A stretch of DNA of 64,000 nt from NCBI RefSeq assembly GCF_009914755.1, contig NC_060935.1. One strand, 5' to 3'. This DNA comes from the human T2T-CHM13v2.0 reference genome, Homo sapiens. Both the position numbers and the translations under genes were made by a program. Shown here piece by piece: positions 14,601-27,937 of the stretch. The notes under the pieces are model-generated. The model was not told the DNA's origin. It did not search any database and saw nothing but the letters and a program-made list of their open reading frames with translations. The first letter of the stretch is position 1, and each line of letters starts with the position of its first letter.

Positions 14601-14762
14601 TTATGCCTCAATGTGTTCCCAAATATCCCTTTGCAGATTCTACAAAAAGAGTGTTTCCAAACTGCTGAATGAAAAGAAAGTTTGTCTCTTCAAGGTGAAT
14701 GCTCACATCAGAAAGCAGTTTCACAGAGAGCTTTTTACTAGCTTTTATCCTGGGATATTCAC
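8663..14762 (-). repeat. Alpha satellite, reverse block
   Basis: Reverse-complement monomers from AAATGAATGCACATATAAC to TGGGATATTCAC. Confidence 0.97.
12957..12986 (+). repeat. Short (AATGA/AATG)n simple repeat inside an alpha monomer
   Basis: AATGAAATGAAATGAATGAATGAAATGAAT replaces the usual ...GAGATGAAT. Confidence 0.8.
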
Positions 14763-17700
14763 AGTTTCCGAGAAACTGCTTTGTGATGTGTGCATTCATC
14801 TCACAGAATTAAAACCTTCTTTTGATTCAGCAGTTTTGAAACACTGTTTTTGTCCTTTCCGCGAATGAACATTTGGGAGTTTATTGAGGTCAATAGTGAA
14901 AAATCGAATATCCCAGGATAAAAACTAGAAGAAAGCCATCTAAGAAACTGCTTTCTGATGTGTGCATTCATCTGCAAAGTTTACCTTTCTCTTCTTTCAC
15001 CAGTTTGGAAACACTGCTTTTGTAGAATCTGTGACGTGATATTCGAGAGCTCATTGAGGCTTAGGATGAAAAAGAAATTATCTTCAGATAAGAACTAGAA
15101 AGAAGCTTTCTGAGAAACTGCTTCATGATGTGCGCATTCATCTCACAGAGTTTAACATTTCTTTGGATTCAGCCGTTTAGAAACAAGGGTTTTATCCACT
15201 CTTTGTAAGGACATTTGGGAGCCCACTGAGGACAATGATGTAAAACTGAATAAACTGGGTAAAACTAGAAGGAATCTATCTGAGAAACCTATTTGTAATG
15301 TGTCCATTCAAGTCACGGACTTAAACCTTTCTTTTCATTCAACAGTTTGGAAAAACTTTTTTTATAGGATCTGTGAAGTCATATTTTGGAGTGCATTGAG
15401 GACTATAGTGAAAAGAAATTATCTTCTGATAAAAAATAGAAAGAAACTTTCTGAGAAACTGCTTTGTGATGTGTGCATTCATCTCACCTAGGTAAAACTT
15501 TCTTCTCATTCAGCAGATTGGAAACACTCTTTTTTGTAGAATCTGTGAGGGGATATTTCGGTGCTTTGAAGTCAATGGTTAAAAAGGAAATTTCTTCAGA
15601 TAGAAACAAGAAAGAAGCTTTCTGAGGAACTGCTTTGTGATGTGTGCATTCATCTCAGAGTTCATCCTTTCTTTTGATACAGCAGTTTGGAAACACTGTT
15701 TCTGTGGTGAAAAAGAAAATATCTTCAGAAAAAAACTACAAAGAAGATTTCTGAGAAACTGCTTTATGATATGTGCATATATCTCACAGAGGTAAACTTT
15801 TCTTTTGATTCATTGTTTATAAAATCTTTGTTTTTTCATTCTGCAAATTTACATTTGGGAGCTCATTGAGACCAATGGTGAAAATGGGAACGTTCCAGGA
15901 TAAAAACAAGAAGGAAGCTACCTGAAGAACTGCTTTGTCATACGTGCATTCATCTCACAGAGCTAAACTTTTCTTTGACTCAACATTTTTGAAACACTGT
16001 TTTTGAAGCATCTGCCAAGGGATATTTGGTAGTTCATTGAGGCCAAGTGGTAAAAGAGCAAATATTTTCAGATAAAAAATAAAAAGAAACATTCTGAGAA
16101 ACTGCTTTGTGATGTGTGCATTCATCTTACAAACTTAAAACTTTCTTTGGATTCAGCAGAAGTTTCGAAACACTGTCTTTGTCCATTTTGTGAATGGACA
16201 TTTGGGAGCTAACTGAAGCCAAGGGGAAAAAAGGCAATACACCAGTATAAAAACTAGAAGGAAGCTATCTGAGAAACTACTTTGTAAAGTGTGCATTCAT
16301 CTAGCAGAGTTAAACATTTCTTTTCATTCAACAGCTTGGAAACACTGTTTTTGGAGAATATGCGAAGCGATATTTGGGAGCGCATTGGGGCCTATGGTGA
16401 AAATGGAAACATCTTCAGATAAAAACGGGAAAGAAGCTTTCTTAGAAACTGCTTTGTGATGTGTGCATTCATCTCACAGAGTTAAAACTTTTTTTTTGAT
16501 TCAGCCGTTTGAAAACACTGTTTTTGTCCATTCTGCAAATGGACATTTGGGAGCTCATTGAGGAGAATGGTGAAAAAGCAAGTATCCCAGAATAAAAAGT
16601 AAAAGGAAGCTACCTAAAAAGCCGTTTTGAGATGTGTGCATTAATCTCACAGTTAACCCTTTCTTTTCATTAACCAGTTTGGAAACACTGTTTTCGTATA
16701 ATCTGTGAAGGCATATTTAAGAGTGTATTGAGGCCTATGGTGAAAAACTAAACATCTTCAGACAAAAGCTAGAAAGAGGCTTTCTGACAAACTCCTTTGT
16801 GATGTGTGCATTCATCTCACAAAGTTAAATTTTTCTTTGGATTCAGCAGTTTGGAAACTCTGTTTCTGTCCATACTGTGAACCAACAATTCTGAACTCAC
16901 TGAGGCCAATGATGAAAAGTGAATATTCCAGGATAAAACCTAGGAGGCAGCTATCAGAGAAACTGCTTTGTGATGTGTGCATTCATCTCACAGAGTTAAA
17001 CCTTTCTTTTCATTCAGCAGTTTGGAAACACTGATTTTGTACAATCTGCAGAGGAATATTTTGGAGTGCATTTAGGCCTGTGGTGAAAAAGGAAACATCT
17101 TCAGACAAAAACTAGCAAGAAGCTTTCTGAGAAACTGCTTTGTGATGTGTGCATTCATCTCACTGTGATAAAATTTTCTTTTAATTCAGCCATTTGGAAA
17201 TACTCTTTTTGTCCATTTTGCGAATGGAAATTTGGGAGCTCACTGAGGGCAATTGTGAAAAAGCAATTATCCCCAGATAAAAACTAGAAGGAAGTTATTT
17301 GACAAACTGTTTTGTGATGTGTGTGTTCAATGAAGAGAGAGAAAATTTTCTTTTCATTCAGCAGTTCAGAAACACTGTTTTTGTAGAAACTGTGAAGGAA
17401 TATTTGTGAGTGCATTGAGGCATGTGGTAAAAAAGGAATCATCTTCAGATAAAAACTAGAAAGAGGTTTTCTGAGAAACTGTTTTGTGATGTTGCATTCA
17501 TCTCACAAAGTTAAAATTTTCTTTGGATTCAGCAGTTTTGAAACACTGTTATTGTCCATTCTGCAAATGTACTCTTGGGAACTAATTGAGGCCAATGGCT
17601 AGAAAGTAAATATCCCAGGATAAAAACTAGAAGGAAGGAATCAGAGAAAATGCTTTGTGATGCATGCATTCATCTCACAGAGGTAAACTTTTCTTTTCAT

Positions 17701-20700
17701 TGAACAGTTTGGAAACACTGTTTTTGAAGAATCTGTGAAGGAATATTTGGGAACGCATTGATGCCTATGGTGAAAAAGGAAACATCTTCAGAAAAAAATA
17801 AGAAAAGTTTTCTGAGAAGCTTCTTTTTGATGTGTGCATTCATCTCAGAGATTTAAACTTTTCTATGGATTTTGCAGTGTGGAAACACTGTTTTTGTCCA
17901 TTCTGTGAATGGACATTTTGGAGCTCATTGATGCCAATAGCAAAAAAGCGAATATCCCAGGTTAAAATCTAGCAGGAACCTATCTGGGGAACCATCTTGT
18001 GATGTGTGCATTTGTTACTCAGTTAAAACTTTCTTTTCATTCAGCAGTTTGGAAACACTGCTTTTGTGGAATGTACGAAGGGATATTAATGAGCCCTTTG
18101 AGGCCTATTGTGAAAAAGGAATCATCTTCAGATAAAAACTAGAACGAAGCTCTATGAGGAACTGCTTTGTGATGTGTGCATTCATCTCACAGAGGTGAAA
18201 CTTTCTTTGGATTCAGCAGTTTGGAAACAATATTTTTGTACATTCTGAGAATGGACTTTTGGGAACTCTTTGAGGCCAATGGCAAGAAAGTGAATCTCCC
18301 AGGATTAAAACTAAAAGGAAGCTTTCTGAGAAACGGCTTTGAGATGTGTTCATTCATCTCGCAGAGTTAAACCTTTCTTTTCATTCAGGAGCTTGGAAAC
18401 ACTGTTTTTGTAGAATCTGTGAAGAGGTATTTTGTAGTGCTTTGAGGCTTATGGTGAAAAAGGAAACAAGATAAAAAAATAGAAAGAAGCTTTCTGAGAA
18501 ACTACTTTGTGATGTGTGCATTCATCTCACAGTTAAAAGTTTCCTTGAATTTTTCAATTTGGAAACATTGTTTTTATCTGTATTGTGAATGGACATTTGC
18601 AGGCTCATTGAGGCCAATGGCAAATGAGTGAATATCCCAGGATAAAAACTAGAAGACAGCTACCTGAGGAACCACTTTGTGATGTGTGCATTCTTCTAGC
18701 AGAGGTAAACCTTTCTTTTCATTCAGCAGTTTGGAAACACTGTTTTTGTAGTATCTACAAAGTGATATTTGGGAGTGCATTGAGGCCTATGGTGAAAAAA
18801 GAAATATCTTCAGATGAAAACAAGAAAGAAGGTTTCTGAGAAACTGCTGTGGATGTGGGCATTAATCTCACAGATTTAAATCTTTCTTTGGATTCTGCAG
18901 TTTGGAAACACTGTTTTTGTCCTTTCAGCAAATGGATGTTTGGAAGCTCATTGAGGCCAATGGTGAAAAAGGGAATATCCTAGGATTATCACTACAGTGA
19001 AGATATCTGAGAAACCAGTTTGTCACGTTTACACTCATCTTGCAGAGTTAAACCTTTTCATTCATCAGTTTGCAATGCTGCTTTGGTAGAATCTGCAAAG
19101 GGATATTTGGTAGTGCATTAAGGTCTATGGTCAAAATGTAAATATCTTCAAATAAAAAATAGAAAGAAGCTTTCTGAGAAACTGCCTTGTGATGTGTGCA
19201 TTCATCTCACAGAGGTAAAGCTTTCTTTGAATTCAGGAGTTTGGAAACACTGTTTTTGTGGAATTTTTGAAAAGATATTTGTGAGCACTTTGAGGCCTAT
19301 GGTGAAAACGAAAACATCTTCAGATAAAAACTAGGAAGAAGCTTAATGAGTAACTGCATTGTGATGTGTTTATTCATCCAATAGAGTTAAGCCTTTCTTT
19401 GGATTCAGTGGTTTCGTAACACAGTTTTTGTCCATTCTGTGAATGGAGTTTGGGAGCTCATTGAAGCCAGTGCATTCATCTAACAGAGTTAAACCTTTCT
19501 TTTCATTCAGCAGACTGGAATCACTGTTTTTGTAGAATCTGCTAATTGATATTTGGGAGCACATTCAGGCATATGGTGAAAAAGGAAATATCTTCAAATA
19601 AAAAGTTTAAAGAAATTTTCCGAAAAACTGCTTTGTGATGTGTGCATTCATCTCACGCAGTTAAGCCTTTCCTGGGATTCAGCAATTTGGAAACACTGTT
19701 TTTGTAGAATCTGTAAAGGAATATTTTGGAGGTCATAGGGACCAATTGCAAAAGAGATAATATCCAAGAATAAAAACTAGAAAGAAGCTATTTGAGAAAC
19801 TGCTTTGTGATGTGTGCATTCATCTCACAGTGTTAAGCCTATCTTTTCTTTCAGAAATTGGAAACACTGTTTTGGTAGAAACTGTGAATGTATTATAGGG
19901 AGCACATTGAGGCCAATGGTGAAAAAGAATAATCTTCAGATAAAACTGGAAAGAAGCTTTATGAGAAACTGCTTTATGATGTGTACATTCATCTCACAGA
20001 GTTAAACCTTTGTTTAAATTCAGCAGTTTGGCAACACTGTTTATGAAGAATCTGCTAAGGGATATTTGATAGTTTAATGAGGCCAAAGGCAAAAAAGTGA
20101 ATAGTACAGCATAAATACTAGTAGGAAGCTACCTGAGAAACCACTTTGTGATATGTGCAATCATTTCACAGAATTAAAACTTTCTTTTCAATTCAACAGC
20201 TTGGAAACACAGTTTTGGTAGAATCTGTGAGGGGATATTTGACAGCCCATGGAGGCGTATGATGAAAAAGGAAATATCTTCAGATAAATACTAGAAAGAA
20301 ACTCTCTGACAAACTGCTTTGTGATGTGTGCATTCATCTCACAGAGTTTAAACTTTCTTGGGATTCAGCACATTGGAAAAACTGTTTATGTACAATCTGT
20401 GAAAGCATATTTGATAGCTCATTAAGGCCAATACTAAAAAGCAAATATCTCAGGATAAAAACTAGAAGGAAGCTATTGGAGAAACTGCTTTGTGGTGTGT
20501 GCATTCATCTCACAGAGTTAAACCTTTTTTTTCATTCAGCAGCTTGGAAACGCTATTTTGGTATAAACTGCAAAGGTATGTTTGGGAGTGCATTGAGGCC
20601 TACAGTGAAAAAGGAAATATCTCCAGATAAAAACTAGAAGAATCTTTCTGAGAAACTGATTTGTGATGTGTGCATTCATCTCACAGCTTTAAACCTTTCA

Positions 20701-21603
20701 TTGGATTTAGCAGTTTGGAAACACTGTTTTGTCCATTCTGCAAATGGACATTTGGGAGCTCATTGTGGCCAATGGTGAAAAAGTGAATATCCAAGAATAA
20801 AAACTAGAAGGAAGCTATCTGAGAAACCACTTTCTGATGTCTGCATTCATCTTGCGAGTTAAAACTTTCCTTTCATTCAACAGTTTGGAAAAAAATTAGA
20901 AGCTTTCTGATAAACTGCTTTGTGATGTGTGTATTCATGTCACAGAATTAAACCTTTCTTTTCATTCAGCAATTTGGAAACACTGTTTTTGTAGAATCTG
21001 TGAAGGGATATTTTGGAGCGCATTGAGGCCTATGGTGAAAAAGTAAGTATCTTCAGATAATAATTAGAAAGTAATTTTCTGAGAAACTGCTTTGTGATGA
21101 GTGCATTAACCTCACAGAGTTGAAACTTTCTTTGGATTCAGCAGTTGGGAAACACTCTTTTTGTACATTCTGTGAAAGGACATTTGGGAAGTCATTTAGG
21201 CCAATGGCTAAAAAGCAAATATCCCAGGATAAAAACTAGAAGAAAGATAGGTGAGAAACTGCTTTGTGACGTATGCATTCACCTCACAGATTCAAACCTT
21301 TCTTTTCATTCAGCAATTTGAAAACACTGTTTTGGTAGAATCTGGGAAGGGATGTTTGGGAATGCATTGAGGCCTATGAAAAAAAAGGAAATATCTCCAG
21401 ATAAAAACTAGAAAGAAGCTTTCTGAGAAACTTCTTTTTAATGTGTGCATTCATCTCACAGAGTTAAACTTTTCCTTGGATTCAGCAGTTTTGAATCAAT
21501 GTTTTTCTCCATTCTATGAATGTACATTTTGGAGCTCATTGAGACCAAAGGCGGAAAAGCAAATATCCAAGGATAAAAACTAGAAGAAAGCTATCTGAGA
21601 AAC
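14763..21603 (+). repeat. Alpha satellite, forward block
   Basis: Forward monomers from AGTTTCCGAGAAACTGC to CTATCTGAGAAAC. Confidence 0.97.
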
Positions 21604-24600
21604 AAAACAGTTTCTCAGAAAGCTTCTTTCTAGTTTTTATCTGAAGATATTACCTATTTTTTATAGGCCTCAATGTGCTCCCCAATATCCCTTCACAGAT
21701 TCTTCCAAAACAAATTTTCCAAATGGCTGAAAGAAAAGAAAAGTTTATCTGTGTGTGCGCTCCCATGTATACCTTCATGGATTCTACCAAAACAGTGTTT
21801 CCAAACTGCTGAATGAAAAGAAATGTTTAACTCTGCGAGATGAATGCACACATAATAAAGCAGTTTCTCAGATAACTTCCTGCTTCTTTTATCCTGTGAT
21901 ATTCACTTTTTCACCATGGCCTCAATGAGTTCCCAAATGTCCATTCGTTGAATGGACAAAAACAGTGTTAACACACTGCTGAATACAAAGAATGGTTTAA
22001 CTCTGCAAGGTGACTGAACACATTACAAAGCAGTTTCTCGGAAAGCTTCTTTCTAGTTTTTATCTGAATATATTTCCTTTTTCACCATAGACCTCAATAT
22101 ACTCCCAAATATCTCTTCACAGATTCTACAAAAACAGTGTTTCCAAACTGCTGAATGAAAGGAATGGTTTAACTTGCGAGATGAATGGATACATCACAAA
22201 GCGGTTTCTCAAATAGCTTCCTTCCAGTTTTTACCCTGGGATATTCACTTTTTCGCCATTGGTTTAAATGAGCTTCCAAATGTCCATTCTCAGAAGGGAC
22301 AAAAACAGTGTTTCCAAACCGCCGATTTCAAAGAAAGGTTTTACTCTGTGAGATGAAGGCACTCATCACAAAGCAGTTTCTCAGAAAGTTTCTTTCAAGT
22401 TTGTATCTGAACATATTTCCTTTTTCACCATAGGTCAAAATGTGCTCCCAAATATCCCTTTGCAGGTTCTACAAAAACAGTGTTTCCAAACTGCTGAATC
22501 CAAAAAACATTTTACCTCTGCAAAATGAATGTCTACATCACTAAGCAGTTTCTCAGATATCTTCCTTCTAGTGCTTATCCTGGGATATTCACTTTTTCAC
22601 CACTGGCCTCAATGAGCTCCCAAATGTCCTTGTTCAGAATTGACAAAAACAGTGTTTCCAAACTGCTGAATCCAAAGAATGGTTTAAGTCTGTGAGATGT
22701 ATGCAGACACCAGAAAGCAATTTCTCAGAATGATTCTTTCTACTTTTTTTTAATTATGCTTTCTTTAAGTTTTAGGGTACATGTGCACAACGTGCAGGTT
22801 AGTTAAATATGTATACATGTGCATATGTAAAAGAAAGGTTTAATTCTGTGAGATGAATGCACACATCGCCAAGTGGTTTCTCAGATATCTTCCTTCTAGT
22901 TTTTATCCTGAGATAGTTGCTTTGTTGCCATTGGCTTCAATAAGCTCCCAAATGTCCATTTGCAGAATGGACAAAAACAATGTTTCCAAGTTGCTGAATC
23001 CAAATAAAAGTTTAAATAGGTGAGATGAATGCACACATCACAAAGCAGTTTATTGGAAAAGTTCTTTCTAGTTTTCATCTGAAGATATTTCCTTTGTCAC
23101 CATAGGCCTGAATGCTCTGCTGAATATTGCCTCACAGATTCTAACAGAACAGTGTTTCCAAACTGCTGAATGAAAAATAGATTCAACTCTGTGAGGTGAA
23201 TGTAGACATCACAAGGCCATTTCTCAGGTACTTTCCTTCTAGTTTTTATCATGAGATAATCATTTTTTCCTTTAAGGACTGAATGAGCTATCAAATATGC
23301 TTTCACAGATTATACAAAAGCAGTGTTTCCAAACTACTGAATCCAAAGAAAGGTTTAACTCTGTTAGATGAATGCACACAACAGAAAGTATTTTCTCAGA
23401 TAATTTCTTTCTAGTTTTCATCCGAAGATATTTTGTTTTTCACCATAGGCCTCAATGCACTCTGAAATATCCCTATGCAGCCCCTATCAAAAGAGTGCTT
23501 CCAAACTGTTGAATGAAAAGAAATGTTTAACTCTGTGAGATGAATGCACGTATCACCAAGCACCTTCTCAGATCTTCTGTCTCGTTTTTATCGTGAGATA
23601 TTCACTTTTTAGCCTATGGCCTCAAAGATCTATCAAATATCTCTTTGCAGTTTCTATAAAAACAGTGTTTCCAAGCTGCTCAATCCAAAGAAAAGTTTAA
23701 CTCTGCAAGATGAATGCATACATCACAAAGCAGTTTCTCAGAAAGCTGCTTTCTAGTTTTTATCTGAAGATATTTCCTTTTTCAACATAGGTCTCAATCC
23801 ACTCCCAAATGTCCCTTGGCAAATTGTACCAAAACAGTGTTTCCACATTGCTCAATGGAAGGAAAGGTTTAACTCTGAGAGATGAATGCACACATCACAA
23901 AGCGGTTTTTCATTTAGCTTTCTTCTAACGTTTATCCTGAGATAGTCACTTTTTCACCTTTGGACTCAATGAACTCCCATATGTCCATTCGCAGAATGGA
24001 CAAAAATGTTGTTTCCAAACTGCTGAATGAAAAGAAAGTTTTACATCTGTGAGATGAATGCACACTTCACAAAGCGGTTTTTCAGATATCTTCCTTCAAG
24101 TTTTTATCCTGGGATGTTTGCTGTTTCAATTTGGCCTCAATGAGCTCCAAAATACCACTTTGCAGATCCTACAAAAAGAGTGGTTCCTAATGACTGAATG
24201 CAAAGAAATGTTTAAATCTGTGACATAAATGTACACATCACAAAGGAGTTTCTCAGAAAGATTTTTCGAGTTTTCATCTGAAGGTATTTCTTTTTTCACT
24301 GTAAGTCTCATTGCACTAACAAATATCCCTTCGCAGATTCTACCAAACCATTGTTTCCAAACTGCTGAATGAAAAGAAATTTTTATCTCTCTGAGATGAA
24401 AGCACCCATCACAAATCGTTTTCTCTGTTTTCTCAGATAGCTTCCTTATAGTTTTTATCCTGGGATATTTGCTCTCTCTCCTATGGCCACAAGGAGCTAT
24501 CGAATATCCCTTCACAGATTCTGCAAAAACCGTGTTTCCAAACTGCTGTATCCCAAGAAATGTGTAACTCTGTGAGACGAATGCATACATCTCACAGTTT

Positions 24601-27600
24601 CTCAGAAAGCTTCTTTCTAGTTTTTTCTGAAGGTATTTCCTTTTTCAACCTAGGTCTCAATGCGCTCCCAAATATCCCTTCACAGATCTCACAAAGTCAG
24701 TGTTTCCAAACTACTGAACACAAAGAAAGGTTTAAATCTGTGAGATGAATGCACAAATCACAAAGTAGTTTCTGGAAAGCTTTTTTCTAATTTTCATCTG
24801 AAGATATTTCCTTTTTCACCATAGGCTTCAATGCGCTCCCAAATATCCCTTCGTGGATTCTACCAAAACAGTGTTTCCAAACTGCTGAATGAAAAGAAAG
24901 TTTTAACTCTTTAAGATGAATGCACACACTACAATGGGTTTCTCAGATAGTTTTCTTCTAGTTTTTATCATGGGATATTGACTTTTTCGCCATTTGCCAC
25001 AATGAGTTTCCAAATGTCCATTTGCAGAATGGACAAAAACAGTTTTTCCAAACTGCTGAATCCAAGGAAAAGTTTAAATGTGTGAGGTGAATGAGCACAT
25101 CACAAAGCAGTTTGTCAGAAAGCTTCTTTCTAGTTTTTATCTGAAGATGTTTTCTTTTTCAACCTAGGCCTCAATGTACTCCCAAATACCCCTCCACCGA
25201 TCCCTCAAAATAAATGTTTACAAACTACTGAACACAAAGAAAGTTTTAAGTCTGTGAGATGAATGAACACATCACAAAGTAGTTTCTTAGAAAGTTTTTT
25301 TCTAGTTTTCATCTGAAGATATTTCCTTTTTCCCCATAGGCCTTAATGCACTCCCAAATATCCCTTCATGGATTCTAACAAAAGAGTTTTTGCAAAGTGC
25401 AGAATCCAGAGAAAGGTTTAACTCTGTCAGATCAATGCACTCATCAAAAGGCGGTTTCTAAAAGAGCTTCCATCCAGTTTTTATCCTCTGATATGTGCTT
25501 TTTTGCATTTGGCCACAAAGAGCTCCAAAATGTACATATTTAATTCTGTGAGATGAATGCACACATCACAAAGCAGTTTCTCAGAAAGCTTCTTTCTAAT
25601 TTTTATCTGAAGATATTTCCTTTTTCACAGTAGGCCTCAATGAGCTCCCAAATATCCCTTTGCAGATTCTACCAAGACAGTGTTTCCATACTGCTGAAAG
25701 AAAAGGAAGATTTAACTCTGAGAGATGAATGCACAGCTCACAAGGCGGTTTTCCAGATACCTTCTTATTGATTTTTATCCTAGGATATTCACTTTTTACT
25801 ATATGGCCTAAAAGAGTTCCCAAATATCCCTTTGCAGATTCTAGAACAACAGTATTTCCAAACTGCTGAATCCAGTGAAAGGTTTAACTCTCTGAGATGA
25901 ACACACACATCACAAAGCTGTTTGTCAGAAAGCTACTTTCCATGTTTACCTGAAGATATTTCCTTTTTAACCATAGGCCTCAAAGTGCTCCCAAATATCC
26001 CTTCACAGATTCTACTGCAACACTATTTCCATACTGTTGAATGAAAGGAAAGATTGAAATATTCGAGATGAATGCACACATCAGAAAACAGTTTCTCAGA
26101 TATATTCTTTCTAGTTTTTATCCAGGTATATTCCTGTTTTCCCCTTCATCCTCAATGAGCTTTCAAATATCCCTTTGCAAATTCTGCAAAAACAGTGTTT
26201 ACAAACTGCTGAATCCAAAGAGTGGTTTAACTCTGGAGATGAAGAACACACCACAAAATATTTCTCTGAAAGCTTCTTTCTAGTTTTTATCTGAACATGT
26301 TTCCTTTTTTAACATAGGCCTCAGTGCACTCCCAAATATCCCTTTGGAGATTCTACAAAAAGAGTGTTTCCAAACTGCTGAATGCGAAGAAAGTGTTATA
26401 CCTGAAACATGAAGGCACACATGACAAAGTGGTTTCTCAGATATCTTCCTATGAGTTTTTATCCAGGGATATTTGCTTTTTCTCCTATGAACTCAATGAA
26501 CTCCCAAATATCTCTTCACAGATTCTCCAAAAACATTGCTTCTAAACTACTGAATCCAAAGAAACATTTAATTGTGTGAGCTGAATGCACACATCACAAA
26601 GCACTTTCTCAGAAAGTTTCCTTCCAGTTTTTAGCTGAATATATTTCCTTTTTCACCGTAGGCCTCAATGCGCTCCCAAATATCAAGTCGCAGATTCTTC
26701 AAAAACACTGTTTCCAAACTCTTGAATTAAAAGAAAGGTTTAACTGTGCCAGATGAATGCATACTCCACAAAGCAGTTTCTCAGAGAGATTCCTTCTAAT
26801 TTTTATCCTGGGATATTCACTTTTTTGCTTTTAGACTCAATGATCTCCCAAATAACTTCATGGATTCTACAAAAACAGAGATTCCAAACTGCTGAATCCA
26901 AAGAAAGGTTTAACTCTGTGAGATGAATGGACACAACACAAAGCAGTTTCTCCGAAAACTTCTTTCTAATTTTTATCTGAAGATATTTTCTTTTTCAACA
27001 TAGGCCTCAATTTACTCCCAAATATCCTTTGTGGATTCTACCAAAACAGTGTTTAAAACTACTGAATGAAATGAAAGTTTTAACTCTGTGAGGTGAATAC
27101 ACACATCACAAATCGGTTTCTCAGATAGCTTCATTCTTATTTAATCCTGGGATATACGCTTTTTCACCATTGGCATAATTGAGCTCACAAATGTCCATTC
27201 CCAGAATGAACAAAAACAGTGTTTCCCGTGATGAATCCAAAGAAAGGTTTAACTCTTTGAGATGAATGTACACATCACAAAGCAGTTTCACTGAGAGCTT
27301 AAATCTAGATTTTATCCTCACATATTTGCTTTTTTGGATTTGGCCTCAATGAACTCCCAAATACCCCTTTTCAGCTTCTACAAAAACAGTATTTCCAAAC
27401 TGCTGAATACAAAGAAAGTTTTAACTCTATCAGAAAACGGAACACATCACATAGCAGTTTCCCAGAAAGCTGCTTTCTAGTATTTATCTGAAGATATTTC
27501 CTTTTTGACCATAAGCCTCACAACTCTCCCAAATATCCCTTCACAAATTCTGCCAAAACAGAGTTTCCAAACTGCTGAAAGAGAAGAAAAGTTTAACTGT

Positions 27601-27937
27601 GCAAGATGAATACACATATCACAATATGGTTTCTCAGATAGCTGCCTTCTAGTTTTTATCCTGGGATATTCACTTTTTCTCAATTGACCACAACGAGGTC
27701 CCAAGTGTCCATTCATGGAATGGACAAAAACTGTGTTTCCAAACTGCTGAATAAAAGAAAATTTTAACTCTTTGAGATGAAGGCACTCATAACAAAGTAG
27801 TTTCTCAGAAAGTTCCTTCAAGTTTTTTCCTTGAGATATTTCCTTTATCACCATAGGCCTCAACGTGCTCCAAACTATCCCCATGCAGTTTCTACCAAAA
27901 CAGTGTTTCCAAACTGCAGAATGAAAAGAAAGGTTTA
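21604..27937 (-). repeat. Alpha satellite, reverse block (continues after the L1)
   Basis: Reverse monomers up to the L1 5' TSD. Confidence 0.97.
22744..22822 (-). mobile_element. L1 extreme 3' end (~80 bp), L1PA4-like, no TSD
   Basis: T-run followed by TTTAAGTTTTAGGGTACATGTGCACAACGTGCAGGTTAGTTAAATATGTATACATGTGC; the CACGTTGTG variant (sense strand) is typical of older L1PA. Confidence 0.9.

Noticed and set aside
2991-21603. Three consecutive inverted blocks of similar size (5.7, 6.1, 6.8 kb), close to L1 length
   Set aside because: No poly-A or TSD at the junctions, and other blocks range from 1.3 to >20 kb; likely coincidence.
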